A DNA stretch of 64,000 bases from Hydrolagus colliei (Eukaryota), in contig CM068743.1 of the NCBI GenBank assembly GCA_035084275.1, positions 101,494,001 through 101,558,000 on the forward strand, given 5' to 3'. Shown piece by piece: positions 1-12,200 of this stretch (position 1 is its first letter; every line of letters starts with the position of its first letter). Below the pieces are notes generated by a model. It saw nothing but the letters and a program-made list of their open reading frames with translations, ran no database searches and was not told the DNA's origin. The position numbers were made by a program, and so were the translations under genes.

Positions 1-570
1 GGCGGGCAGGGAGGGCAGAGAGGGCAGGCGGGCAGGGAGGGAGGGAGGGCAGGCGGGCAGGCGGGGAGGGAGGGCAGGCGGGCAGGGAGGGCAGAGAGGG
101 AGGGCAGGGAGGGCAGGTGGGGAGGGAGGGCAGGGAGGGAGGGCAGGCGGGCATGGAAGGCAGAGAGGGAGGGCAGGGAGGGAGGGCAGGTGGGGAGGGA
201 GGGCAGGCAGGCAGAGAGGCAGGGAAGGCAGGCGGGCAGGGAGGGCAGGCGGGCAGGGAAGGAGAGAGGGAGGGAGGGCAGGCGGGCAGGGAGGGCAGGC
301 GGGGAGGGAGAGCAGGGAGGGAGGGCAGGCGGGGAGGGAGGGAGGGCGGGAGGACAGGGAGGGCAGGCGGGGAGGGAGAGCAGGGAGGGAGGGCAGGCGG
401 GGGGGGGGAGGGAGGGAGGGCGGGAGGACAGGGAGGGCAGGCAGGGAGGGCAGGCGGGCAGGGAGGGAGGGAGGGCAGGCAGGCAGAGAGGCAGGGAAGG
501 CAGGTGGGCAGGGAGGGCAGGGAAGGAGAGAGGGAGGGAGGGCAGGCAGGCAGGCAGGGTGGGCAGCAGG
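1..570. repeat. G/A-rich low-complexity minisatellite (GGGA/GGCA/GGCG units), G-quadruplex-prone, runs off the window edge
   Basis: Almost T-free tract built from ggga, ggca, ggcg, gaga units with dozens of GGG runs. ORFs 117..605 and 190..714 are just its G/R/E/Q/A translation. Confidence 0.95.
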
Positions 571-613
571 CACAGCTACAACCAGACCTGTCAACCAGGC
601 TGTGATGAAACAG

Positions 614-673
614 ACAGAGCCACAGCTATATACAGAGCCACACACAGAGCCACAGCTATATACAGAGTCACAC
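614..673. repeat. 2 x 30-bp tandem repeat
   Basis: acagagccacagctatatacagagccacac followed by acagagccacagctatatacagagtcacac (1 mismatch). Confidence 0.9.
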
Positions 674-853
674 TGAGAGTAAGAGTCGCTCCCAAGCCAC
701 AGCCACAAAACTGAGGGTCACAGCAAAAGGCAGCCTCAGACAAGCAACCCAGAGAGCGGGCTGATAACTGATACCACAGATTAGGAAGAACATGGGCAGC
801 AGCAGATGGGGCAATATACATGACTCTTTGTGTGTGCGTATATATAATATATT

Positions 854-854
<1 letters not shown>

Positions 855-892
<38 letters not shown>
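855..892. repeat. compound (TG)n(AG)n microsatellite
   Basis: tgtgtgtgtgtgtgagagagagagagagagagagagaga seen directly. Confidence 0.95.
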
Positions 893-2677
893 AATGAGCT
901 TGGGTACTGCAGGGTACCAGAAGTCATTCACTCTTTTATCAAGTCATTTGGTATGAAGCTTGTTTCAAGCAGAAGCATAAAGCAAAACAGCGCCTGCTAT
1001 AGCTAGGCCTGTTAAAAGAATTGCCAACCTATTCTGTGGGGTTGCATTGATTATTCCCTTCCCCTCAAACGTACCCTATTTCCCAAATACTACCTAATTT
1101 GAACTGGCCCTTCCAGCTGTTGCTACATCTGTGGTTGCTGTAATAACCAGATAATCATTGCCGCTTCCTGTGGAAGAAAACTGACTGGCTCCTGTCATGT
1201 TTTCTTGTCAAATTAAGTTGCTAGTTTCAGTGCCTTTGACTATTTAGACTGAGGATTCAAACAATGAAAAGAGAATATGAAGCATTAGTTCCTGGTTTAG
1301 TCCTCTTTAGTGTTTGGGTTATTGAATGACATTGAGAGTTTATATAGTAGGTGCATAGTATCCACTGTATCTTTGGGTACAGTGTATCATCATGCTCACT
1401 TCCAGTATAAGGTCGAATGACAACAATGTAATCAAGTTTTGCACCCAGCTAAATACAGTATAACACAATTTAGACTGAAAATATTGTATTGCGACATAAA
1501 AAGGAAAAAAAACCTTTGAAATTGAACACTTCTACCATTTCTTAACTCTATTTTGTTGTTGTCAAAGTTTTTTTATTATTGTTGTTGTCATGTTCTGATT
1601 TTGTTTTATGTCTGTTATGCATACTGCATTGTCAAAGAACACAGTTGACATGTCATTTAAAAATAAGAAGATAACAGTATAAATAAATAATATCATCTAG
1701 GGTTTCATGGAAATAATATCTTGGATTTGAAGATGCAGGGATACAAATGCCAAAGGTATCCAAAAATGTCTGCATTTTAAAGGTTATTTGAAGCTTTGTG
1801 CTCCAGGCCATGAATTGATTGAGCTGAATTAGCAATATTTTGGCTTTGTTTAGATAAAAATAGCAAACCTATCCTTGAATTTTTAATTCTAAATATAATC
1901 TATTAAAAATGTAATTCAAACTTAAAAGTGAAATATATTTTAGGATTGTATCCAAATCCAGTAAACTTAGTGAACAGAGCAGGCAAGGCTGAGGGCTAAT
2001 CCATGAATTCACAACATGAAGTGCAAGTAAAATAACCTACAATGTACTGTGATTGAAAAAAGATTGAAAGTGAACTTGACAAATTCATCTTCAGATCAGC
2101 TTGCATGCTTTGGGAATTGTTTTTCAATGGGTCTAAGTAACATTTGTATGAAAATCATTGTATGAATTAGAGTTCTGTGGCATAGCCAGCAGACTGTCCC
2201 AACTGATGCCAATTAGTTTGAGTGGTTTGAGTACAGTATTCCAATACTATATATTTCGTCATTAGACAGACTAATGATTTATATATAATATATGCATATA
2301 TTTGTATTGAAAATACACAATGATTAACATCTCATCAGTGCTGCTGGCACAGGTGAGTGGTACACTCAATGACTTGATTGGTACATTTCAAGTTGTTTGA
2401 GCATTTTAATAACATGGGCTACTTTTGAGAACAAAATCTAGATGAAAATAAGTTAGCGTTTTATATGCTTGCTGATTTCAAGTATGCTTAAACTGATTTG
2501 AAGTTCTAAGAGTAATTATATGATACATATATTTTATATGTACATATAATGTTTATTGATGGGGGTTAACACTGTTTGTTATTTGCATTTTCTTACTGGT
2601 ACAGTATACAAGAGATAATTATTGGTTAAGTCCTATCCAGTTAATCAAAGTGAAAAGAGCAAACAGGAGATTGAAAA

Positions 2678-3097
2678 AATAATAATTCTTAGCACGTTTC
2701 ATATTGGGAGACTGTCTCAAAGTGCTTCACAGGATGCGTTGTAAAATGCAGTGACTGTTTTGTGGGCAAATCCGGCAGCCAATTTGCGCACAGCAATGTC
2801 CCGCAAACAGCTATGATGTGAATGATCAATTTTATTTGGGTGATTGTTGGCTAGGCCACTGGGACAAACTTGCTTCTCTTTTTTGAATAGTGCCATGGGA
2901 TCTTTACTGTCCACCCGAACAGGCAGAGAGGCCTCGGTTTAATGTTTCATCTGAAGGACAGCATCTCTAACACTGTAGCATTCCCCCTACCCTGCGTTGA
3001 AGTCATCTTAGACTATGAATTTCAGGTCCTGACATGGGGTTAATTTCACAACCTTCTGACTCCCAAGGAAAGAGCACCACACACTGAGCCAGGTTGA
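2678..3097 (-). mobile_element. older near-full-length tRNA-derived SINE with Deu-like central domain
   Basis: Minus strand: degenerate tRNA head (ggctcagtgtg...ggttgtgaaatt), central region with gtaaagatcccatggcactattc and ttgctgtgcgcaaattggctgcc (recalled as AmnSINE1/SacSINE1 Deu-domain-like), L2-like tail gtgaagcactttgagac...attattatt. Confidence 0.75.
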
Positions 3098-3315
3098 TGC
3101 AACAAATGCATCAAAGATGGTAGTGATTATAAAAGAAATTATGTTTCTGTTAACTCTTCCTTTTAAAAGTAGTATGATTTCTCAGCACATAGCTAGGATA
3201 TTACTGAGGGCCTGAAATTTGATTCATAATATCCTTGAAAGTTTATAGCACAGAATGAGACTACTATATTTGACTCATTAGGCCTTTGCTGGTATTCACT
3301 TTATGACGAGATCTA

Positions 3316-3513
3316 CGGTAAAAGCCCATTTATCCGGCACCCTTGGGACCTGGCCAATGCTGGTTAAAGTGCGTGCCGGATATTCGGCCCAAAACACAAA
3401 AAAAATTTACATTGTGCTGGATAAATTCTGGTTAATCGAATGGGGATTTTTTTGCAGTGCCGATTATATGGAAGTTACGGTTGATCAGTTCATGGATAAA
3501 TGGGCTTTTACTG
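3316..3513. mobile_element. short Tc1/mariner (Tigger/pogo-like) MITE, family A copy 1
   Basis: TIRs cggtaaaagcccatttatcc ... ggataaatgggcttttactg, TA on both sides (3314-15, 3514-15). Colinear with 38332-38549. Confidence 0.9.
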
Positions 3514-3771
3514 TATTTACTCTTTCTCCTGCTCTTTCCTCTTTAATATTATTCTTCCTAAAGTATTTCTTAAAGTTACTTTTAATGCAGTTATTGCTGA
3601 AGATGCAGCAATCACTTTTACAGGGCACATTTTTATAACTCTCTTTGTACAATAATTTGTAAAGTAGTTGAGCCAGAAAGTTGTGGCATGCATACAACAA
3701 CAACTTGCTTATACAGCATATAGCAAACTCCATGCAGCGAGCGTCTTGAAGTGCATATACCTCTGACAATG

Positions 3772-3812
3772 TACTATTCCCCTTTTTCATTGCATGAAAA
3801 AGGGGAATAGTA
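3772..3812. other. perfect 19-bp inverted repeat with 3-nt loop
   Basis: tactattcccctttttcat-tgc-atgaaaaaggggaatagta; the arms are exact reverse complements. Confidence 0.95.
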
Positions 3813-4597
3813 TGTATGAGTGATATGAAATCTTATATGTGTCTGCCCTGCAATCGTTTAGATGAATTAATCGCGTAACTATTTGTTAGACTTTGTTTGC
3901 ATAGATGGTTGCCTCAAGAACAGTCGCTACATTTGGCAATAATTATCTTTGAAACACTTTTTAGATGTTTCGACATTATAAGCTGCTATAAAAAAGTAAG
4001 CAATGTGACTTATTTCTGGGTGATCAGCTATTGATTGTTAGTTGAAAAAGTGACATTGACATCAGCAGCATGGATTTCCGTATTTTCCTGCAAAACACAT
4101 AGTCACTGCATTTCACAGTAAATCCTGTTAAGCACTTTGAGAAGTACCCCTGAAGTGAAAGAAATATATCAAACTCAAGGGTTATTATTATAATTATATA
4201 GCAGTAATATGGACCAATTGGTGGTCCCCATCTCTTAAGACATCTGGTGTCGGTGCAAACATTTCCAGAATACTACCCTGCAATTCGGCATGTATTATTA
4301 AAACAACAAAAAATATGCACAAGGGTGACTTCAAGTCTGTAATTTCATCTCTGGGTTCAGATGCCTGTTATAAACTGCTTGTGCTTTACTCTCTGTGAGT
4401 CACGGTGTCATCCGAACCCCCTCCTCCCTTTTCTTGATGGGATTACTGCCTAGTAATCACTCCAGGTATCTATTATTTTCTATGTAGATATCGTCAGTAA
4501 CACTACCCCATTCCTTCTTCCTTCCTTACACCGATGTGGAGCTCAAAGCACAGTAAGAAATTAACTTGTGAAAGACCGGAAAGAAATATTGATGACT

Positions 4598-4765
4598 TTT
4601 GCTACTGTTTACCTAGCAGTAAGAAGGAACCTGGTTGTTAGTCAATTAATGGATTGCTTTTCCGGGTGTTATAATAATAACAATACTAAATTGTTGACTT
4701 CAATCTACAAAGTGTACAATTGGTTGCCGTGATTCACCCACAAAATATACAGTCAATTGACATAT
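4598..4765 (+). mobile_element. fragment of long-form tRNA SINE (internal insert plus part of 3' half)
   Basis: ctgtttacctagcagtaagaaggaacctggttgttagtc...caattggttgccgtgattcacccacaaaatatacagtcaatt, matching 50170-50500. Confidence 0.75.
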
Positions 4766-6034
4766 AAGGTACTCCATCAAATGCAAGGGTGATAGGATTA
4801 TTATTGTTGGAGCTGCTGGTGCCAGAGTGTTTAAAAATAATTAAATTTCTCCTGACTATAGGCCAAACATTTATAACATTTGTGGCTCTCCAGTTTAATT
4901 GACGAGCATTGCTCACATGTACAGCAACCTAATAGTACAAATCCTAATTGGTGGAAAAATTAGAAACAGCACCTGTCTTTGTAACAATGCCTAAATTTCC
5001 ATCTGTTGTAGCAAAAGTAACTTTGGTTTCTTATTTGTCTCTTCATTTTGAGCAATAATCATAATTTGTTACAAAATCTGTCCCAAATGTGGTGTAAACT
5101 GTATGTTTCTTTGAAAGATTTACCTTTGGGAATTGCTGTGTGGAAGTAAAGGAGCAAACAACACATCAGAACATCTCAAACTGGGATGCAGTCACATATT
5201 TGAGGTCTAACTGTGTGTATAGTGAAAGTCATAATCAAGGAGTATTTTCTGAAGCCATGTGACACTAATTGGCATTCCTTTATAATGCGGTCTCAAAGCT
5301 GGGTTCTGTTGAAACTCGATTGGTGATGGTCTCAGGCTATGGCAAACAAAGTGGGGACTATCCTGCTCAATGCACTTTATGTTGTAAGTTCATTGCTGTG
5401 GGCTGAATGCTATTCTCTTCTGTTTGTTAAAGTTAGCAAATTTATTCCTTTGTACTTAGAAATAATTGTAAAGCAATTTTAAGTAATAAATAACAGATAT
5501 TACTTATAATAAATAACAGAAATAACTAATATTCAGTGGACGTAGTACAAAATGGACATAAATGAAAAATCAATTGTGATTCACAAATTCTTTGTGTTTC
5601 ACTGTAGCTCTCATTGCTTAGCTAACAGTGCACAAAATATTACATTTTTAATTGCATTTTGTGCTGGCCAGCATCACAGGATAAACTGAAGCACGTTCCC
5701 GCCCTTATTCGAATAGAATAAACCTTTCTCATCACTCCCACTGGTTCACTGGGGTTACCTTTTGGTGTGCAATTTGAATGCATTCATGCTCATGATTGGA
5801 TTACTGACATGCTGGTCACTCTTACTGTTTCGTTTGTTGCTTGTGCTTCTATACTGATTAATCATGTCGGGAGTTGGTTTTCAATTCAGTGAGTGGTCCA
5901 TTCATCTGGCAATACTGACTCACGTAAAGTTCAAATAAAGCAGGACTCTTTCCTGTCATGTCATACTGTTGTTCAGTCGAATAAGGTGACTCATATCTAC
6001 TCAGAGGAAAAAGAACATATAGTTTGAAGAACTT

Positions 6035-6244
6035 AGAATCATAGAATTATGTGGCACAGAAGGAGGCCATTCAACCCATCATGTCCATGCTGACTCTTTG
6101 AAAGAGCTGTTCAAATCAATCCCACTCTCTCCATAGTCCTGCAAACCTGTCCTCCCCAAATAACTATCTACTTCTCCCTTGAAAATTGTTATTGAATCAA
6201 CTTCTACCACCCTTTCAGGCAATGCGTTCCAGATCCAAACAACT
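6035..6244 (-). mobile_element. CR1 LINE 3' end
   Basis: tagaatcatagaatt (reverse complement of the ATTCTATG tail) followed by sequence colinear with the reverse complement of about 47785-48009. Confidence 0.9.
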
Positions 6245-7401
6245 TAAGGTTTGTGTCCTCCAAACATTCATTGTGCTCTGCTTTCTCTTCTCCATAAACT
6301 ATTTATGAAATTTAGGTATTACTTTAAAAATAGTTCTTAACCCAGAATATTTGAAGTGTCTTATTATAACCATGCGTATTAATTCAGCTCCTTCACAGAG
6401 TCGGAAATAGGAACTCGTCCGTGCCAGTTTTCTCCAAACAGTGTCGCGAGTAGATCACTTTTGAAGGAGCAGGAAAGCCAAAAGTTGTTTAGACTTTGTT
6501 TCTGAGTGGGAGATGAAATTACAGCCCCTTAAGCAATGGGTAGAAATCCTCCCCCCACCCACCAACTCCCCTCTGTCTATAATCACCACCTGCTTCTTAA
6601 TTTTGCATAAAGTGGCATGAAAGCCAACATTTATTTGAACTGTTTTATCGTGTTCCCAAAACACGGACAGCTTTGTTTATCCTGCAGTCAAAGATATTCA
6701 TTAACACGTTTTTATTTATTTATGAAACTATCCAGCCCCAAATGTTCACCCATGAAACACTCAATTTGTGCCAGGAGTAACTGTAGATAGTTGAGTTACT
6801 GGCCAGGACAGACCCAGAGTCTTGTATGTGCATTGTGAGCGGTAACAAGTGAGGTTATTATATATAATATAGTGAGGCACATTATATCTCACACTCCTCA
6901 TCATATATTCTGTCTATTTTCATGAGTAAAAGCTGTTTTTTTTAATTGATATAGACAGAAGCTAAAATGCTGTACAGGATGTGGAGTGATTCTGGATGAT
7001 ACAAAAGCGCTATATTTTTCCTGCCAAATTTCTCTTCTCTCCAAAAGGCTCTGACTTATTTTAACACCATCTGATTCCTTGCCTATGTGGATATTCATGA
7101 TGTGTGAGCTAGATGATGAGGTCTGGTGGATTATTCAACAACATGAGAGAATCACTGTTGAGGTGTGTTTTGTCACCAAATAGTAATCATTGACCTCCTG
7201 ACTCAAAATTTAGGGCTCCCAACACCATCCCACTACAATCCCTCCAAGTTGCATTGTCCACTTAGAATGAATGGATGTCATCAAATTTAGAGCATTAGGA
7301 CTGTGGAGGCTGCATTGCTCTGTACGTCTAGTAGAGTGTCTATATGCAAGGCTCTCATCTGTGAAAACGACAGGATTTTCGCGATTGTCATCATAGAGAG
7401 A

Positions 7402-7545
7402 TCTCTCCATCGAAGTGATGAAGGTATGAATGGCTATTTCAGCAGCTGTGAGTGAGATAGCGAGTAAGTGGGCAATGTTCCAAAGATTGAAAAAGGTGAT
7501 CTTTGCAGTGGACCGGATGTGAGGTTTCAACCATTGTTTTAACCA
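7402..7545 (-). mobile_element. degraded L2 ORF2 fragment
   Basis: Translation KPHIRSTAKITFFNLWNIAHL...TAAEIAIHTFITS resembles HIRALTGTAYFHLRNIARL...AAETLVHAYITS of the young L2. Confidence 0.75.
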
Positions 7546-8089
7546 AATCTGTTCTCAGTTGCAATGCTATTTCCAAAACATTTAATGGTGGGAATATTAT
7601 GGGTGAAAAATATACAGCAACTTTGATAGTTTGAAGCTCCAATTTATATATTTAACATAACAACATGATATCAAATAACTATATTTATAATATTATAGGT
7701 ACATTGTAATGAGTGTATTTTATTGCTGTACAGGTCTTCTATGTCTGTGTACACTGTTTTACTTCATCCGTACAAAGTACACTGTTGCATATTACCTAAC
7801 TAGTCGGTATTCCCCCATCAAATGTTTTATTGTCACTGTGAGTGTGTAGACCCTGCTGTTGGTTATTATATTTGCTGGTTTACTTAAAGTGTTCAGTTGC
7901 CCACAAAATAGTGACTACATGTTACAGTAAATCCTGTGATATGCTTTGAAACATTGTCCCAATGTGAAAAGTGCAATATTAAATGTAAGGATGATTTAAG
8001 TCTTTTAACACTGATGTTGAATAGTATCTTGGTGTGACAGCTGAGGCTGATGTTTCACATTGTAATTTGACACTGCGAGGAAAGCTGGT

Positions 8090-8560
8090 TGAGGAGTTTT
8101 TTTTTACCATTCGTAACCATACAGATTCAAATCCCTATATGTGCTGAGTCATCTCAACCGGAACCATCGGTCGTTGTGCTTTCAGCCACGACGCCCCGAA
8201 ACTTTGGAACTCACTCCCTCAACCCCTTCACCTCACCCACTCCTTCCCTATTTTCAGGTTGCTCCTGAAGACCTTTCTCTTTGACCGCGCTTACGGTCAC
8301 CTTCCCCTTTCCCCTGGCTCGGCCTTGGACTCCGTCATTGTTAAGTGCTTTGAGATGCTGCCCGGCGTGGATGGCGCTATACAAATGCAAGTTGTTGTTG
8401 TTGTTGTTGAAAGCAGTTCGGATCCTGCAATTGGCTTTAGCACGCCAGGTTAGGATAAGGGAGAAATCAACCGAGGTTCCCACTCCTAATGGTCCTCCCA
8501 CTGGATAGAATGCCTTTATGAGTTTTTGATGAGGGTATGTTTGGGCTCAGCTGTACTGTC
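8090..8560 (+). mobile_element. ancient unnamed SINE-like repeat interrupted by an L2 3' end
   Basis: 8429-8490 caattggctttagcacgccaggttaggataagggagaaatcaaccgaggttcccactcctaat aligns by eye to 14369-14432. The 5' part (8090-8160) and 3' part (8410-8560) are split by L2 8161-8409. Confidence 0.5.
8161..8409 (+). mobile_element. L2 LINE 3' end (tail type B)
   Basis: Encodes ...LKTFLFDRAY-like C-terminus, then ggtcaccttcccc...gtgctttgagatgctgcccggcgtggatggcgctatacaaatgcaa(gtt)n. Confidence 0.9.
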
Positions 8561-8662
8561 TCATAGCAGTTGAATGGTTTGCTGACACTGAGGTTGAAAA
8601 TGCACTCATCTGGAAAAATGGAGGCAAAGAGGTGATTTTCTGCCAGAAACTCCTTGCCATGT

Positions 8663-8982
8663 TACTACTACTACTAATAATAATCTTTGCATTTGATGTA
8701 GTGCTTTTCATGCCTGTAGACGTCTCAAAGCGCTTCACAGAATACACAGTAAAGTGAATTGACCGTATATTTGTGGGTGAAACGCACAGCCAATTGCTCA
8801 CAACAGTGTCCCACAAACAGTTGTGGATTGAATCAACCAAATTATTATTGTATTTTTTTTCTTGAGGGATTATTATCAGGTGTTTGGAGTAAGGAAACTT
8901 ACCCAAGGTTTTGCGCTGCTGGGAATCGAACCCAGGTATCTTACCTGCGAGTTGAGTGCTCTAACCACTGAGCTACAGGACT
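8663..8982 (-). mobile_element. tRNA-derived SINE, short form, full length
   Basis: Minus strand agtcctgtagctcagtggttagagc (A box) ... gggttcgattccc (B box), shared body, tail tcaaatgcaaagattattatt. Confidence 0.9.
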
Positions 8983-9260
8983 TAACAAGTTAAGTGTTAA
9001 GTAGGTCTTGTGCAGAGAACTTTGAGTACATCACGCTGCCCCATGAGGTGGCTCTGACCTAATGTGGAGAGGTTGTCGTTCTTGGAACTGAATTGGAGAG
9101 GAAATTAAATAAGAAGATAAAGGGGAGTGAGAAACTATGCAGACCTCTACTTATTATTTAAGTTGTTTTTAAAGAAAAGTTAATTTCTAGTAAAACTCAA
9201 TGCTTTATTTATTCTATTTCTGGCCAATTTGTACTTTTATAATTTTTGTTTCCTTTTCAG

Positions 9261-9278
9261 ATGCTGTTTTTCACAGGT
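9261..9278 (+). other. candidate 18-nt frame-preserving microexon of an unidentified host gene
   Basis: ttttataatttttgtttccttttcag|ATGCTGTTTTTCACAGGT|gtaagt: strong polypyrimidine acceptor, consensus donor, length divisible by 3, no stop in any frame, U/C-rich repeat-free flanks. Confidence 0.45.
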
Positions 9279-9514
9279 GTAAGTTTCTGCAATTTTTTTT
9301 CCTTTCCTTACTCTTTCTTGACTCTCTTGCCTAACCTATTGTCTTTGCTTTGTAAATGCTGATCTTTCTATTCTGGTTGTGCATAATTTAATGTCTACAA
9401 CTTAATGTACATCTTAGCTTGCTGATTCCTAATAGACTGAAACTCCTGAAATAGTTCACCTCTGTTGTGGGAAACAAGATTTCATTTCAAAAAGGTCTCA
9501 GAGTTTATTTCCTA

Positions 9515-9682
9515 AGGACATAGCAAAGTCAAGGTTAGGAAAAGGCCGTTTTTGCTCAGTGAAGCCCCTTACATTTTCAATGTATCTTACCTAACACAGA
9601 ATCCACTTTCTTTCTGAATGCCCCTAATGTTCTTCTGTTGCTACCACACTTGATAGGTTGTTCCAAACATTTATCACTCTTG
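9515..9682 (-). mobile_element. old CR1 3' end remnant
   Basis: aggaaaaggccg...ttgttccaaacatttatcactct resembles the reverse complement of CR1 3' UTR and the RVVRIWN-coding region. Confidence 0.5.
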
Positions 9683-9811
9683 TGCACATATGTAGGTGTG
9701 TACTTTACAACAGATGTTGTACTGTATTTAATGACGCACCAACAGAGATGCTCTTAATCTCGGGGTGAGTCAGGAACCGTTTGTTTTAATCTATTTTATT
9801 ATCAACTATCA

Positions 9812-10260
9812 CCGTCTGTCCTCCGTCATCTACCTCAGTGGAACCGCACTCGCTTGCTTTGAGTCCTGCCTCACAACCGCCAGCAGTACATCTTTGCAAA
9901 CGACCTTTACTCTTGCTTTTGCCTGGTCACCTGCGGAGTACCCCAAGGATCCATCCTTGACCCCCTTCTCTTCCTTATCTATGTTCTCCTTCTTGGTGAC
10001 ATCATCTGCAGACATGGGGTAAACTTCTACATGTATATGGATGACATCCAACTCTACTTTTCCATCTCAAATTAAGACTCCACCCCCCCCACAGTCCAAC
10101 ACCCTGCTCTACCCTCTTTTCTATTTCCCGCCTGAAGACCTTTCTGTTTGACTGCGTCTATGGTCACCTTCCCCTTCCCCCTGGCGGCCTCGGGCTCCAC
10201 TATTGTGAAGTGCTCTGAGACGCCATATGGTGTGGAGGGCGCTATACAAATTCAAGTTGG
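9812..10260 (+). mobile_element. degraded L2 RT fragment plus type-B 3' end
   Basis: HRLSSVIYLSGTALACFESCL and ggagtacccc aaggatccatccttg (GVPQGS.LG), tatatggatgacatccaactc (YMDDIQL), then tail gtgaagtgctctgagacgcc...ggagggcgctatacaaattcaagtt. Confidence 0.85.
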
Positions 10261-11699
10261 GAACAAGCAGTTCACTTCAATATATTTATTATTGTGAAAG
10301 TCAGTCCGTATGAATAATGATGCTACTGTACATTATAAAGCAAAGTGTGGGAGTGACGCAATGTGGTCCGTAACAAATATGTGTCAAGTAGGATCAGTAA
10401 CACTCTTTTCACATGTTCCAGACCCCCGGCTGACCAAAAATATATCCTGTGAAATGTCGTTCTGATGTAAAAGATGCTGTACCAAATGCAAAGATTATTA
10501 TTGTTTGTTGTTGTAAATGCTTTTTGTTATGTTTTTAGTCATCAACAAATAAATCCCTCAGAGACCCCCCTCCCCACATTAGCAAATATTTAATTAGAAT
10601 AAATGACTTCAATTGATCCTTCAGTTTGTTGTCTTAACTACACAGTGCCAGGATGAGATTTGGAATGGCAAACTCGTAACATAATCAGAGTCCAATTTAG
10701 AGCCTAAGGAAACAATTATAATTTTATAGCTCCTAGTTGGTTGTTCAGGAAATTAGGTTGTAGGACTGGAATGTGAGCAGGTGACTGTAATGTATGCAGT
10801 CGAGGTGAAGCCAGGAGTCACTCTTGCCACTAAAACTATTCAAACGTAATCGCAGCATACAATATTTTGGCCTAGTTTATACTTTGATTGCAACTGCAAG
10901 CTTATCAGTGGAAAGAAACCAAAGTTAATTCCGATGATCACAATTCAACTACATTGCCATTACTGATTCAGGATGTCAGTTGGATGCACTTTGCAATAAA
11001 AATAATTCTTACATTTGTTATAATGCCTATGAACGTTGAAAAATCTCAAAGTCCTTTACAGTAATTATTATTACGTATGGTGACTATGGTGGACATCAAT
11101 TTGCACACAGCAATCTCTCACTAAGAGCCCGGAGATGAAGAACTCTGGGAGTACCGGCTTTCATTTTTGAAATAGTTTTTTTACGGTTTCATCATAGAAG
11201 ATGAGGTACATAGTTTCTATCACAACAACATTACATTTGTATAGCGCCTTTCACATTGGGAGGGCGTCCCCAGGCGTTGAATTATTCACCATCATAAATT
11301 TTGTTTCCAAAGTGTGGTTGCATTCACGTTAGATAAGATCAAACTACATTGTGTGGGGTTTTAATTTAGAGAAGTTCACAACAACACTTTTCTCAGCTTC
11401 AAGAGGATAGGATAGGGAGATCAGATACATTAGGTATGACAAAAGTAAAATAATAATTACAAAACTAAAGTAGGACCCAGATGGATAGGGGATTGACAGG
11501 AGGGTGAGGTTCACTTTGTATTTGGACGTATTTAATATTTATTTTAGTAGTTAGGATTTTGAAGTAGTACAGCCATTCCTGATTCTAAAGTGGCTTTATT
11601 ACTGCATTATCAATATTGTTTTCTGAATGGCTCTGCATGAACTGACCATGTATAGAGCTTTTTGGCTGTATACACTGCCCTACGACTTACTGGTGCTCT

Positions 11700-12200
11700 G
11701 CGCTAATGACATCCAAAACAACTTCTCTGCTTCCATTATTGATTACAGTTTCATTGATGTTCTGACGGCTTGCATGTCAGACATCAACCCCTGGATGAGA
11801 CTTAATTCCTTTCAGTTCTCCTTGCTAGCCTCCCCAGCACTACTGTTCACAAGCCTCAGCTGGTTCCAAAATCTGGTCGCTCACATCTTTACCCGCACAA
11901 AGCTTCATTTGCCCTCCACCCCACAATCTCCCCCACCGGCTTGCTATCCTTTACTGTCTCCCTGTCTGCTCGTGGATTAACTTCAGGATCCCCATTCTCA
12001 CTTAGAAGTCCCTACAATCCTTGCCCGTCCATCTATGTTTGTCTCCAGCCTTACTCTTATGCTCACCCTTCCACTTGGCAAACTTGGGCCTGTTGCATGT
12101 TCATTGTCCACTCAGTGTTCAGCCGGTATGCCTTTACTTTACCTCCCTGCCTTCACCTCACCTTCTCACTATGTGTCATGAAAAGCTTCCTCAACACATG
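11700..12200 (+). mobile_element. highly degraded L2 ORF2 fragment
   Basis: gatgttctgacggcttgcatgtcagacatcaacccctggatgag (DVLTACMSDINPWM), as in the young L2 DVLTACLSDIESW. Confidence 0.7.

Noticed and set aside
117-714. Two long Gly/Arg/Glu-rich ORFs
   Set aside because: They are translations of a T-poor low-complexity repeat that cannot contain stops; starts are GTG and there is no domain signal.
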